59,012 nucleotides of DNA from a virus (IMGVR_UViG_3300048999_000041:1-59012), one strand, 5' to 3'; positions 28,778 through 36,971 are shown, counted from the first letter of the stretch. Numbers and translations are program-made. Notes: generated from the sequence alone by a model not told the origin.

Positions 28778-28910
28778 TCATACGACATATTGCGAAGTTT
28801 GCCCTAAGCCTTACGGCTTCTGGGCATTTATATTTGACTTGTTCATGGTTGCCATCACCGGTGGGTTTTGGCTCATCTGGATATTCGTGAGGGAGATGCG
28901 TCACCGATGA
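28767..28910 (+). CDS. Small membrane protein
   Basis: YGFWAFIFDLFMVAITGGFWLIWIFVREMR. Confidence 0.65.
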   Translation: MRRSHTTYCEVCPKPYGFWAFIFDLFMVAITGGFWLIWIFVREMRHR

Positions 28911-29057
28911 AAGAGTTTATCGGAGTAGTGCTTGCCGTTCTTGACGAGCGCAGAATGGATATTACGATCATCGTCACAACGTGTATTTGCATCGCTGCGG
29001 TATGGGCAATACTTCTCGCCTGGACTCAGTAGAGTCCACTATATTTTGAAAGGAAAT

Positions 29058-29843
29058 ATGCACATCATCAATGACGCACAGAAGCGAGTTCAGGATTTCG
29101 TTTCTGAGAACTCGTCAACGCTCCTCACTGCCGGTGGGGTTGTCGGCACAGTTACCACCGCGGTTCTGGCTGGTCGTGCCGGATACAAAGCAGCAGAGAT
29201 TGTCGCTGATCACCCGATGTTGCAAGACGTTGGGAAAGACGAAAAAGAGCTTCGTGATCGAACGAGAACCGAAAAGATTCAACTCGTCTGGTCAATCTAT
29301 ATTCCCCCCGTGATCACCGGCGGAGCAACAATCGCCAGCATTATCATGGCAAACAAGATGTCGGCTCAGCGTGCTGCCGCTCTGGCGGCTGCGTACGGTC
29401 TGTCACAGAAGCAATTCGAGGAATACAAGGCCAAGGTGGCTGAGAAGATCACTGGTCCGAAGAAGCAGCAGATCGCCGATGAGCTCGCACAGGAGAGAGT
29501 AGATCGTGCTCCGGGCGCATCGCAGATCGTCATCATCAACGGCGACGATGTTCTCTGCTTTGACGAGCCTACTGGTCGATACTTCAAGAGCTCCATGGAG
29601 AAGATCAATCGAGCGGCCAACTCAACCAACCAAGAGATCATCTCACACGGTCATGCCCGAGCTTCGCATTTCTACGAAGAGCTCGAGCTGCCGCCGACTA
29701 CCTGGTCCAACGACGTTGGTTGGAACCTGGACAACATGCTGGAGCTCGATATCACCACCACACAGGCGGATGATGGCAGGCCATGCTTGTCCATCAACTT
29801 TGCTCGCTTCCCGAACGAGGACTACCACCGCCAGGTGTATTAG
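29058..29843 (+). CDS. DUF6353-like conserved phage protein, paralog 1
   Basis: ENSSTLLTAGGVVGTVTTAVLA, ALAAAY, CFDEPTGRYFKSS; resembles 34440. Confidence 0.75.
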   Translation: MHIINDAQKRVQDFVSENSSTLLTAGGVVGTVTTAVLAGRAGYKAAEIVADHPMLQDVGKDEKELRDRTRTEKIQLVWSIYIPPVITGGATIASIIMANKMSAQRAAALAAAYGLSQKQFEEYKAKVAEKITGPKKQQIADELAQERVDRAPGASQIVIINGDDVLCFDEPTGRYFKSSMEKINRAANSTNQEIISHGHARASHFYEELELPPTTWSNDVGWNLDNMLELDITTTQADDGRPCLSINFARFPNEDYHRQVY

Positions 29844-29855
29844 GAGAGAAACCAA

Positions 29856-29963
29856 ATTTGGGCGTATGAGGATCGACAAAAAGGTATGAGGGCACTTCAT
29901 ATTTTACAAATCGATCGCCCCAGTCCCGGGGAAAGCGGAGCACGTGCGTTTCGCCGCCCAATT
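29856..29963 (+). ncRNA. Putative intergenic four-way-junction RNA
   Basis: TTGGGCG 29858/CGCCCAA 29955 closing stem enclosing GATCGA/TCGATC (with inner TATGAG/TTCATA), CCCC/GGGG and GCGGAGC/GTTTCGC hairpins; followed by TATATTT. Confidence 0.5.
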
Positions 29964-29991
29964 ATATTTTGTACCAAAAAAGGAGAGTTGT

Positions 29992-30144
29992 ATGTTTAAG
30001 AAGGACAAGCCGGTCTATAAGCGCCTTACTGACATCCGGCCCAAGTCTAAGAAGACCCCGAATAAGAAGCTCGTCGGAGCAAGTGTTGGTGTTGTTACCG
30101 TGCTGCTCGGATTGAGCGCCTTTAAGAACCGGGGACAGAAGTGA
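29992..30144 (+). CDS. Small basic membrane protein
   Basis: AAGGAG RBS; C-terminal TM. Confidence 0.6.
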   Translation: MFKKDKPVYKRLTDIRPKSKKTPNKKLVGASVGVVTVLLGLSAFKNRGQK

Positions 30145-30329
30145 TCCGTGGAGCGGTAATTCTAGCCGTGGGGTTCTCCCTCGGCTACGCCAAGGCCATG
30201 CACGATTCAGAAGATATTCGTGCTTTGCTTGCTCAGGCGGTTGATCTACTGCAGGAGCAGCAGCGAAAGTCGGAGGAAGCAGTTGATGGGACGGCAACCG
30301 AGACCCCCGAAGGAGAGACACATGAGTGA
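30141..30329 (+). CDS. Small membrane-anchored protein
   Basis: GTGA overlap; N-terminal hydrophobic segment. Confidence 0.6.
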   Translation: MIRGAVILAVGFSLGYAKAMHDSEDIRALLAQAVDLLQEQQRKSEEAVDGTATETPEGETHE

Positions 30330-30657
30330 CCGAAATGGAGAGGCCGCCGAGCTCGCTGAGCGTGCGGCTAGACAGGGAAAGCAGGCCGGTAAGAACGCCG
30401 CTCGAGCGGCTAAGGCGGTTGCAGAAGACGTGGCTGACACCGTCGTCGACGAGACCCGAGACACCTTGGACAAGCTCGAACAGACTGGAGAGGATGTCAT
30501 GGGCGCAGCTCGTCGTGTGAACCCGAGGACGCTCAGTCGTATCTCTGGTGATACTGGTATGGGCTTCCTTGCCCTGTCCGTGTCTCTATACACCGGAGCC
30601 GTCGCAATTAGCAAGTTCCGCGCAGTCTACGCCGGACGCAGTTCGGTCATCGACTAG
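30322..30657 (+). CDS. Hypothetical protein with C-terminal TM
   Basis: ATG 30322 after AAGGAG. Confidence 0.65.
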   Translation: MSDRNGEAAELAERAARQGKQAGKNAARAAKAVAEDVADTVVDETRDTLDKLEQTGEDVMGAARRVNPRTLSRISGDTGMGFLALSVSLYTGAVAISKFRAVYAGRSSVID

Positions 30658-30987
30658 ATGGATCGTGACCAATTTGAGAACATCCTGGATGCGCAAATCA
30701 AGCGTGTCCGGGATGTTCTGGTCTTAAAAGCGACCGAATACGCTAACGAAGATCGTCTCGCCAATTTCAAAAAGGCGGCGGTCCTTGCTGGTCGAGGAAT
30801 TCCGCAAATTATTGGTGGGATGATGATAAAACATACTGTGTCCATCTACGACATGATCGAAAGCGGCAAGCCATATTCTATTGATGTATGGAATGAGAAG
30901 ATCACCGACCACATCAACTACCTTATTCTTCTACGCGCCTCTTTGATCGAGAACGCTAATTCAGACCAAGGAACTTTATCTTGTTAA
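30658..30987 (+). CDS. All-alpha nucleotide-modification-associated / MazG-like protein
   Basis: KATEYA.EDRLANFK...KH...EKITDHINYLILL pattern. Confidence 0.55.
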   Translation: MDRDQFENILDAQIKRVRDVLVLKATEYANEDRLANFKKAAVLAGRGIPQIIGGMMIKHTVSIYDMIESGKPYSIDVWNEKITDHINYLILLRASLIENANSDQGTLSC

Positions 30988-31589
30988 AGAAAGTCATTAC
31001 CTATACCAACCCGTTCACCGACGAAGAGGTGAGCGAGGAGCATTACTTCCATATTTCCAAGGCCGATCTGGTCGAGATGGAGATGGAGGAGCATAATGCT
31101 ACATACGAGAAAGACGGCGAACAGCTCACCGGCATGCAGGCCAAGCTTCAACGAGTTATCGATTCCGAAGACGGCAAGGCCATTCTTTCAGAGTTTAAGG
31201 ACATCATTCGCCGGTCTTATGGCAAGAAAGACGGAGATCGCTTTATCAAGTCTTCTGAGATTTGGGCGGAGTTCTCTTCGTCCGAAGCGTATTCTCAGCT
31301 CATATTTGATCTGTGCACGGATGCTGAAATTGCTGGCGAGTTTGTCACCGGTATCATTCCCAAGAACTTGGATAAGATCGCTGAAGAGATTAAGTCGCGG
31401 GCAGATGTGGATCAAAGCGAGCCGGAGATCGACACAGCTCCTGATGTCGTTAATAATGCTAATATTTCTACAGCTTGGCCTTCCGACGAGGACTCAATCG
31501 CTCAAATTCTGTCACCCGACGAAGTGGCGGCAATGGACTCTGATGAACTGAAGTCCGGTCTTGCCGAAGGGCGCTACAAGCTCTCCTAG
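30981..31589 (+). CDS. Conserved phage protein with C-terminal MDSxE module
   Basis: MLKKVITY...YFHISKADL...SYGKK.GDRFIKS...F.SSEAYS motif conserved in this group; TTG start. Confidence 0.75.
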   Translation: MLKKVITYTNPFTDEEVSEEHYFHISKADLVEMEMEEHNATYEKDGEQLTGMQAKLQRVIDSEDGKAILSEFKDIIRRSYGKKDGDRFIKSSEIWAEFSSSEAYSQLIFDLCTDAEIAGEFVTGIIPKNLDKIAEEIKSRADVDQSEPEIDTAPDVVNNANISTAWPSDEDSIAQILSPDEVAAMDSDELKSGLAEGRYKLS

Positions 31590-31601
31590 AGAGGGGTCTC
31601 A

Positions 31602-31734
31602 CATAAAAGGGGTATAGGGCGGCTAAAGCGTCTTATATTAAACGACAGCAACGCTCGGTGCAGATGCGGTACTATTCCGTGGAGGGATATGCTCCGTCTG
31701 GTAAGGTAAACCGACGACATGCGCCCCTTTTATG
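31602..31734 (+). ncRNA. Structured RNA module upstream of the large RNA
   Basis: Perfect 11-bp closing stem CATAAAAGGGG/CCCCTTTTATG; TATAGGGCG/CGTCTTATA, TCGGT/ACCGA, CAGATG/CGTCTG helices. Confidence 0.6.
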
Positions 31735-31750
31735 CTCTATATTTCAAAAC

Positions 31751-32155
31751 GTGATGGGACACGCCCATCGCCGTAAGTCCTGACGCTTATTGTACGAAGG
31801 TTTATGTACTAAGCTAAGGTAATCGGCAAACCTTCTGAGTTAGTCGCAGAAGTTGTTGCAAACCCTGGGGTAGTGACCCAGGTACCTGAGGGATCGACTC
31901 CTCGGGTAAGTCTTATCTAGGTGCTAATCGACCTAGAATACTTCGTCGGGAACCCTACCGTTCAAGTACAAGTACCGACGTCGAAAGTATGGTTGGGTCT
32001 GCTAACAAATACCATACTAAAAATAGAACGCGCAAAAAGGGCCCAAGAGCGCGTTCGACAACACAGCAGTTCATGGCAGTAAAACAAATAACTATAGCGT
32101 TCCCGTAACATTGTTCGCTGGTACGGGCTGATTTACATCCATCAGAGCTATAGTT
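31751..32155 (+). ncRNA. Large ornate ncRNA, ROOL-like (copy A)
   Basis: ORF-free; at least 10 consecutive helices, loop-loop complementarities, and covariation with paralog at 43501; ROOL resemblance is from recall only. Confidence 0.7.
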
Positions 32156-32167
32156 CATAGATCCCAT

Positions 32168-32499
32168 CTCACGGCCGCGACCTCCAGGTAAGAGGCGAGG
32201 GGTGCAAGCGAAAGCCGGACTGGCGCCAGTTTAGGCGGCCGGATAAGCTCTGCGGAGGGATACACAACCTGCCCGCCGTGGGTAGTAAGTAGGCCTGCTC
32301 TACTAATTCAGGAAGTCCGATCCCCCAGACAATTGTGCCCTTCGTCGGTGTACGGTTGATCTGGGGGTAGGCACTTAATCTTAGATAGGTCGAGTATCCG
32401 GTAAAGGCAGGAAGGCGTACATCCAATCGCTTCCACCGTGAGGATAAAATGTCAGTAATAGGCGCGGTAGGGACTTATCAGCCGCCTGCTACCTATCTA
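32168..32499 (+). ncRNA. Further structured RNA modules (3' part of the ncRNA cluster)
   Basis: CTCACGGC/GCCGTGGG (32168/32275), CCCCCAGA/TCTGGGGG (32322/32360), TAGATAGGT/ACCTATCTA (32382/32491) closing stems with internal hairpins. Confidence 0.55.
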
Positions 32500-32501
32500 T
32501 A

Positions 32502-32531
32502 TTCGCGTAAAAAACTACTCCTATAATAGAA
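32502..32531 (+). promoter_or_regulatory. CGCG-N14-TATAAT promoter P7
   Basis: TTCGCG-taaaaaactactcc-TATAAT-AGAA. Confidence 0.85.
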
Positions 32532-32555
32532 GACCCTACCTACAAGGAGTATCTA

Positions 32556-32822
32556 ATGGAAAGCCCTGATTTTACCCCGCGCAATGTCGCGAAGTTCGTA
32601 GTCAAGGCCATTGTTGCCGGAAGAGCTGCTCAGCTCGCCGAAGACGCCATCACCGATTACACGCGGTTCGAGGAAGACGATATGATCGTCGACATCTCGA
32701 CCAGCGTGATCGGCTGGTACGTCTCGGACAAGCTGAAGCCCTACACCGACAAGATGGTCGACAAGACTGCCGACTTCATCGCCGCAAAGCGCGGTAAGAA
32801 GGACACCACAGAGACCCAGTAG
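32556..32822 (+). CDS. Cassette gene, hypothetical
   Basis: AAGGAG RBS, between P7 and terminator. Confidence 0.8.
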   Translation: MESPDFTPRNVAKFVVKAIVAGRAAQLAEDAITDYTRFEEDDMIVDISTSVIGWYVSDKLKPYTDKMVDKTADFIAAKRGKKDTTETQ

Positions 32823-32828
32823 CTGGTC

Positions 32829-32864
32829 AAATGAGGATCTGCCTAATACGCAGGTTCTCATTTT
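32829..32864 (+). terminator. Intrinsic terminator
   Basis: AAATGAGGATCTGC/GCAGGTTCTCATTT + T. Confidence 0.85.
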
Positions 32865-32867
32865 GTT

Positions 32868-32897
32868 TTCGCGTTATATTCATCTCCTATAATGAGA
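32868..32897 (+). promoter_or_regulatory. CGCG-N14-TATAAT promoter P8
   Basis: TTCGCG-ttatattcatctcc-TATAAT-GAGA. Confidence 0.85.
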
Positions 32898-32922
32898 CCT
32901 ATATCTATCTAAGGAGACCCTT

Positions 32923-33090
32923 ATGGACACCGATCGATTCCTCACCAACCTTCAGCATCAGGCTGAAGACAATCCGGTGCTGGCTCTCGGAGTTGCAGCT
33001 GCGCTGTTTACTTCGCTGAGCAAGCTCCTGAATGCCGCTGCCTGGAAGAAGGAAGTGAGTCGACGGACCCTGAAGGACCGAAAGAAGTAG
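32923..33090 (+). CDS. Cassette gene, 55-aa membrane-associated protein (not in ORF track)
   Basis: AAGGAG RBS; MDTDRFLTNLQHQAEDNPVLALGVAAALFTSLSKLLNAAAWKKEV... Confidence 0.8.
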   Translation: MDTDRFLTNLQHQAEDNPVLALGVAAALFTSLSKLLNAAAWKKEVSRRTLKDRKK

Positions 33091-33099
33091 TCACCTTAT

Positions 33100-33130
33100 A
33101 ATGAGAATCCAAAACATGGGTTCTCATTTT
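33100..33130 (+). terminator. Intrinsic terminator
   Basis: AATGAGAATCCA/TGGGTTCTCATT + TT; homologous to 27557. Confidence 0.85.
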
Positions 33131-33133
33131 GCC

Positions 33134-33163
33134 TTCGCGTAAAAAACACTCCCTATAATGAGA
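33134..33163 (+). promoter_or_regulatory. CGCG-N14-TATAAT promoter P9
   Basis: TTCGCG-taaaaaacactccc-TATAAT-GAGA. Confidence 0.85.
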
Positions 33164-33253
33164 GAGACAACTGTCGCCGATCCCCGCAAGGGGCAATCCG
33201 TCTGCTGGTTGCGACATAAAAGACTATTACCAGTGTCTTTCTTTTTCTTTTTT
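33160..33253 (+). ncRNA. Putative small RNA 4 (pseudoknot)
   Basis: GAGAGAGACA/TGTCTTTCTT closing stem, TGTCGC/GCGACA, CCCC-GCAA-GGGG, loop CTGGT pairing with ACCAG; long T tail. Confidence 0.6.
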
Positions 33254-33273
33254 GCCAAATCTAAAGGATTTTA

Positions 33274-33915
33274 ATGGAAGACTTCCCAGCCAATAGCCAG
33301 AGGGCTAGAGCGGAACAACCGCGAGAGAAGGTCGAGCGGGTTACCTCAGCTGAAGCTGTTAGGCGGAAGCGAGGGCTCGGCCATAAATTCAAGGAGACCT
33401 TTCTCCCTGGAGATACACGCAGCATGACAGAGCATGTGGTTCAGGGTGTGGTTCTTCCCGGAATCAGAGACCTGTTGTTTGATACTATTTCTGACGCAAT
33501 TCATCGTATGTTCTTCGGGGATAGTAATCGTCCGAGATACGGTGGCGGTGCGTCAATGCCATCGAGCTATGGCCGTGTGGATTATCCTCATACACCATAT
33601 AATCGTATGAACACTACCGCAGCTACGCAGCAGCCACAGCAGAGAATGCTGTCAAGAGGGGCTCGAGCTCGTCATAATTTTGACGATCTGATTATTCCTT
33701 CACGCCAAGAAGCAGAAGAAGTTCTCGACCGTATGTATGACCTGTTGTCAAAATATGGCCGTGTTGAAGTATCGGTTCTGTATGAGCTTACCGGCATCCA
33801 AAGTTCTCATACGGATATGAAGTGGGGCTGGACCAACCTCAAGGGGGCTAAGGCGGTAAAGCTTAGAAACGGAGGATTTCTTCTTGACCTGCCTGAACCA
33901 GAGGCCTTTGTATGA
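33274..33915 (+). CDS. Conserved hypothetical phage protein
   Basis: FPANS...SRQEAEEVLDRM...LYELTG...TDMKWGWTNL...LLDLPEP conserved in this group. Confidence 0.8.
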   Translation: MEDFPANSQRARAEQPREKVERVTSAEAVRRKRGLGHKFKETFLPGDTRSMTEHVVQGVVLPGIRDLLFDTISDAIHRMFFGDSNRPRYGGGASMPSSYGRVDYPHTPYNRMNTTAATQQPQQRMLSRGARARHNFDDLIIPSRQEAEEVLDRMYDLLSKYGRVEVSVLYELTGIQSSHTDMKWGWTNLKGAKAVKLRNGGFLLDLPEPEAFV

Positions 33916-34088
33916 GTAAAAAGAAGAGACAACCCAGACGACGTCCCGATATTCAGATGGTTCGTCATTATTTAAAACGAGAAGAATATCAGCCGTGTAA
34001 AACACCTGGTTGTAAGAACGTCGTGTCCAGCAAAAGCGGCCTCATATTTTGTAGCCGCTGTAAAAAATAACAGAAAGGGGGTCGGACT

Positions 34089-34268
34089 ATGTCCGCCAAC
34101 GATATCGAGAATAAGCGTCAGTTCGTGATTGGTCTATATTCCGGCCCAAGCTGGAAGCGACGGGTGCAGAAGATGTCTGACGTTCAGGTGATTGCTATCT
34201 ACTTGCGCGAGCATAACAAGCCGAAGAAGCCGCCAAAGGAGAGCGACAGTGATCCAGCACCCTTTTGA
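34089..34268 (+). CDS. Small conserved protein (59 aa, not in ORF track)
   Basis: AAAGGGGG RBS; YSGPSWKRRVQKMSDVQVIAIY. Confidence 0.65.
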   Translation: MSANDIENKRQFVIGLYSGPSWKRRVQKMSDVQVIAIYLREHNKPKKPPKESDSDPAPF

Positions 34269-34443
34269 GTCAGGAGAGAAGCCGGAAGAGGAAGGGGACA
34301 CGCGTCCCATGCCTTGTCCTACGTGCGAAAGCACTAGAGGATATTCTCGAGTGGGAAATTATCGAGTTCAGTGTCTGAATTGTAATTCCTTGCTAAAGAA
34401 CGAAGAAGTCGACATGCAATTTTCCGATCAGGAGCAAAAATGA
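34249..34443 (+). CDS. Small zinc-ribbon protein
   Basis: CPTC...CLNC; GTG after AAGGAG. Confidence 0.6.
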   Translation: MIQHPFESGEKPEEEGDTRPMPCPTCESTRGYSRVGNYRVQCLNCNSLLKNEEVDMQFSDQEQK

Positions 34444-35366
34444 ATCTAATTCCAACCGCGATCAGTCGCAAGATCTCAGAACAAGGTCTCCTTGCGTCTG
34501 AGCACGCCCCAAAGGTTCTCTTTGTGGGTGGCGTCGTGGGCATGGTCGGCTCGACCGTTCTGGCCTGTCGTGCGACGCTAAAAGTTGAGGGTATCCTCGA
34601 TCGAGTTGATGCTGGCAAGGAACAAGCCGAAGAGGTCTTTGCTGTGGTCAACGACCCAGAGTATATCGGAGAATCTACATATTCTCTGAAGGAGTACAAG
34701 AAGGACCTTCACATCATCAGGGCGCGTGGGCTTGGACAGGTTGTTAAACTCTATGCGCCCTCTGTGATCTTGGGCGCAGCTTCAGTTGCCGCGTTGACTA
34801 AGTCGCACAACATCCTGCAAGATCGAAATCTTGCCCTGGCTGCTGCCTACACGGCGGTTGACAGTGCCTTCGCTCGGTATCGTGAGCGAGTTATCGACAT
34901 GTTCGGTGAAGAGATGGACGACGATATTCGTTACGAGTCAGAGCAGGTTGACGTTGTCGACGAAGAGACGGGTGAGGTCAAGACGATTACTCGCATTGTC
35001 GACGCACCAGGGTCAGCATATTCTCGATTCTATGACGAAGAGTCGTCGAGGAATTGGTCTACTAACCCGGACATCAACATGGCGTTTCTACGCACTGTTC
35101 AGAACTATGCGAATGATCGGTTGAAGATTCGCGGTCACGTGTTTCTCAATGAGGTCTACGACGAGCTGGGACTGTCACATACTAAAGCCGGATCGGTTGT
35201 CGGATGGCGTTGGAATAAGGAGTCCGGAGACGATTACATCGATTTCGGCATCTGGGACGACACAAGTGAGGCGGTAAACGACTTTTTCAATGGTCGTGAA
35301 GGAGCCATCCTCCTTGACTTCAATGTCGATGGCGTAATCTACGATAAGCTTGAGGAGCGGTATTGA
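34440..35366 (+). CDS. DUF6353-like conserved phage protein, paralog 2
   Basis: HAPKVLFVGGVVG..GSTVLACRAT, RNLALAAAY, GHVFLNEVYDELG, LLDFNVDG. Confidence 0.8.
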   Translation: MNLIPTAISRKISEQGLLASEHAPKVLFVGGVVGMVGSTVLACRATLKVEGILDRVDAGKEQAEEVFAVVNDPEYIGESTYSLKEYKKDLHIIRARGLGQVVKLYAPSVILGAASVAALTKSHNILQDRNLALAAAYTAVDSAFARYRERVIDMFGEEMDDDIRYESEQVDVVDEETGEVKTITRIVDAPGSAYSRFYDEESSRNWSTNPDINMAFLRTVQNYANDRLKIRGHVFLNEVYDELGLSHTKAGSVVGWRWNKESGDDYIDFGIWDDTSEAVNDFFNGREGAILLDFNVDGVIYDKLEERY

Positions 35367-36226
35367 CTACCAAGGACACAGCGAAGGAAATCGCTGAGAT
35401 TGCCGCAGACGGTGTGGCAGACGGCCTGCACATCGTAGGCGAAGAAACTCTGGCTATCGAAGAAGCAACGAGAGCCATTGACCGGGTGGGCCTTGGGTAT
35501 TTTGCCCTTGGCCTTGCCGCTGGTGTCGCTGCTGGAGCATTTTCTGGTTTTGTCGTGGCCTATCGTAAAGCTGAGACAAAGTACAGCGAAATTGCCGCGG
35601 AGGAAATTGCCGAGATGCGACAGCATTATTCCGCCAAGGCTACGGCTCTTGATTCAGAGGCCGGTAAGAAAGATCTCGAGGATATTGTTCGGGAGAGAGG
35701 ATATTCTCCTGAGATCTCAGCCGAGCCGCCGATGGCTGTGTCACCGCCGATCGCTGTGACAGAAGCAGCCGAGGAATCAGACGAAGTTGTCGATCCTGAG
35801 CCTCCTGTGCCTCAAGAGGTTCGCAACGTTTTCGAAGAAAATCAAGTCAAAGACGAGTGGGACTATCACCAGGAGCGAGCTGGACGTTCTCCGATGAAGC
35901 CATACGTTATTCATCTCGACGAACGTGATGATAACGATGCGTACGATGAGGTTACCTGGACATATTACGAAGATGACGACGTTCTTTGTAATGAGCTTGA
36001 CGAGGTCATCTCCGAAGCAGATCGGGAAAGGATCGTTGGCGAGACCAATTTGGAGAAATTCGGCCATGGTTCTGGTGACGCACAGATTGTCTATGTGCGA
36101 AACGACAATCTAGAGATGGATATCGAAGTCATCAAATCGCCAAACTCGTATGCTGAAGAAGTCCATGGTCTAAGCCACTCGAGTAGTCCACGTCGTCGGG
36201 AGAGGATGAGATTCGACGATGAATAA
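35363..36226 (+). CDS. Acidic membrane-anchored conserved protein
   Basis: TTG start overlapping upstream stop; N-terminal TM; PYVIH, TYYEDDDVL, VYVRND motifs. Confidence 0.75.
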   Translation: MTTKDTAKEIAEIAADGVADGLHIVGEETLAIEEATRAIDRVGLGYFALGLAAGVAAGAFSGFVVAYRKAETKYSEIAAEEIAEMRQHYSAKATALDSEAGKKDLEDIVRERGYSPEISAEPPMAVSPPIAVTEAAEESDEVVDPEPPVPQEVRNVFEENQVKDEWDYHQERAGRSPMKPYVIHLDERDDNDAYDEVTWTYYEDDDVLCNELDEVISEADRERIVGETNLEKFGHGSGDAQIVYVRNDNLEMDIEVIKSPNSYAEEVHGLSHSSSPRRRERMRFDDE

Positions 36227-36758
36227 TCATCCTCTGGCTGAGGACTATCTTAACTGGTTGGCCCCTCAGATCAGAGATGAGCATGACGGTAATCCGGATA
36301 AAACATACAGTAATCTAATTGTACTCATGTTCGAGAAGGAGTTTGTCTGGCTCGTCCCCAACGATGATAATCGTTTGGGTGACGGGCTGGGCTTACGTGT
36401 CGAGTTTTGTTATGAGCATCACATTCGTCAAGGATCTTTAGCGCATCTGGGTCCTTGCTCGTTTTTAGAAGTTCTGATTGGGCTGTCTAAGCGATTGGCG
36501 TTTGATATTGGGGGTAATGCTTCCGGTTGGGCGTGGACACTCATCTCTAATCTGGAATTGCATAGAATGTCGGATCCTCTTTCTCAGTATAAAATTGAGA
36601 AAACAAACGATATTCTTGACAGATGTATATGGAGAAATTATGGCCCAGATGGTTCCGGTGGCTTTTTCCCATTAGCGTGGCCAGAAGAAGATCAGAGAAA
36701 GGTGGAGCTATGGTATCAGATGGCCGCGTGGATCAATGAACTCCATCCCGAGCATTGA
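36219..36758 (+). CDS. Conserved hypothetical phage protein
   Basis: FVWLVPNDDNR..DG..LR, CSFLEVLIGLS.R, GGFFPL, DQRKVELWYQM. Confidence 0.8.
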   Translation: MNNHPLAEDYLNWLAPQIRDEHDGNPDKTYSNLIVLMFEKEFVWLVPNDDNRLGDGLGLRVEFCYEHHIRQGSLAHLGPCSFLEVLIGLSKRLAFDIGGNASGWAWTLISNLELHRMSDPLSQYKIEKTNDILDRCIWRNYGPDGSGGFFPLAWPEEDQRKVELWYQMAAWINELHPEH

Positions 36759-36759
36759 T

Positions 36760-36960
36760 ATGAGTCAAAAACCAAAAGGACACGACGAATCTCCGGCAAT
36801 TATCTCTGATCATGCGTTTGAACCAAGAGGCGAATGGTGGGATTTATGTCGGCATTGTGGTTTAGCCATGGCCAGCCATGAAGAAACAACAATTGACCCC
36901 AAAGATCACATCGCCCCACATGTTAGTATTGAATACTACGGTGACGACGAAGATGATTAA
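36760..36960 (+). CDS. Small Cys/His protein
   Basis: DHAF...CRHCG...H. Confidence 0.55.
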   Translation: MSQKPKGHDESPAIISDHAFEPRGEWWDLCRHCGLAMASHEETTIDPKDHIAPHVSIEYYGDDEDD

Positions 36961-36971
36961 TAAGGAGAAGG

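Noticed and set aside
31771-31885. raiA motif RNA
   Set aside because: Shares short words (GTAAGTCC, AGTCGCAG) but in a different order from my recollection of raiA; left to a cmsearch check.
31955-32426. Minus-strand ORFs 31955..32167 and 32169..32426
   Set aside because: No RBS, against the genome-wide + orientation, and the sequence is better explained by RNA helices.
32160-32500. RNase P RNA, tmRNA, SRP RNA or group I intron
   Set aside because: Only a partial GGAAGTCC word; I found no complete conserved cores, tRNA-like ends or interrupted host gene.
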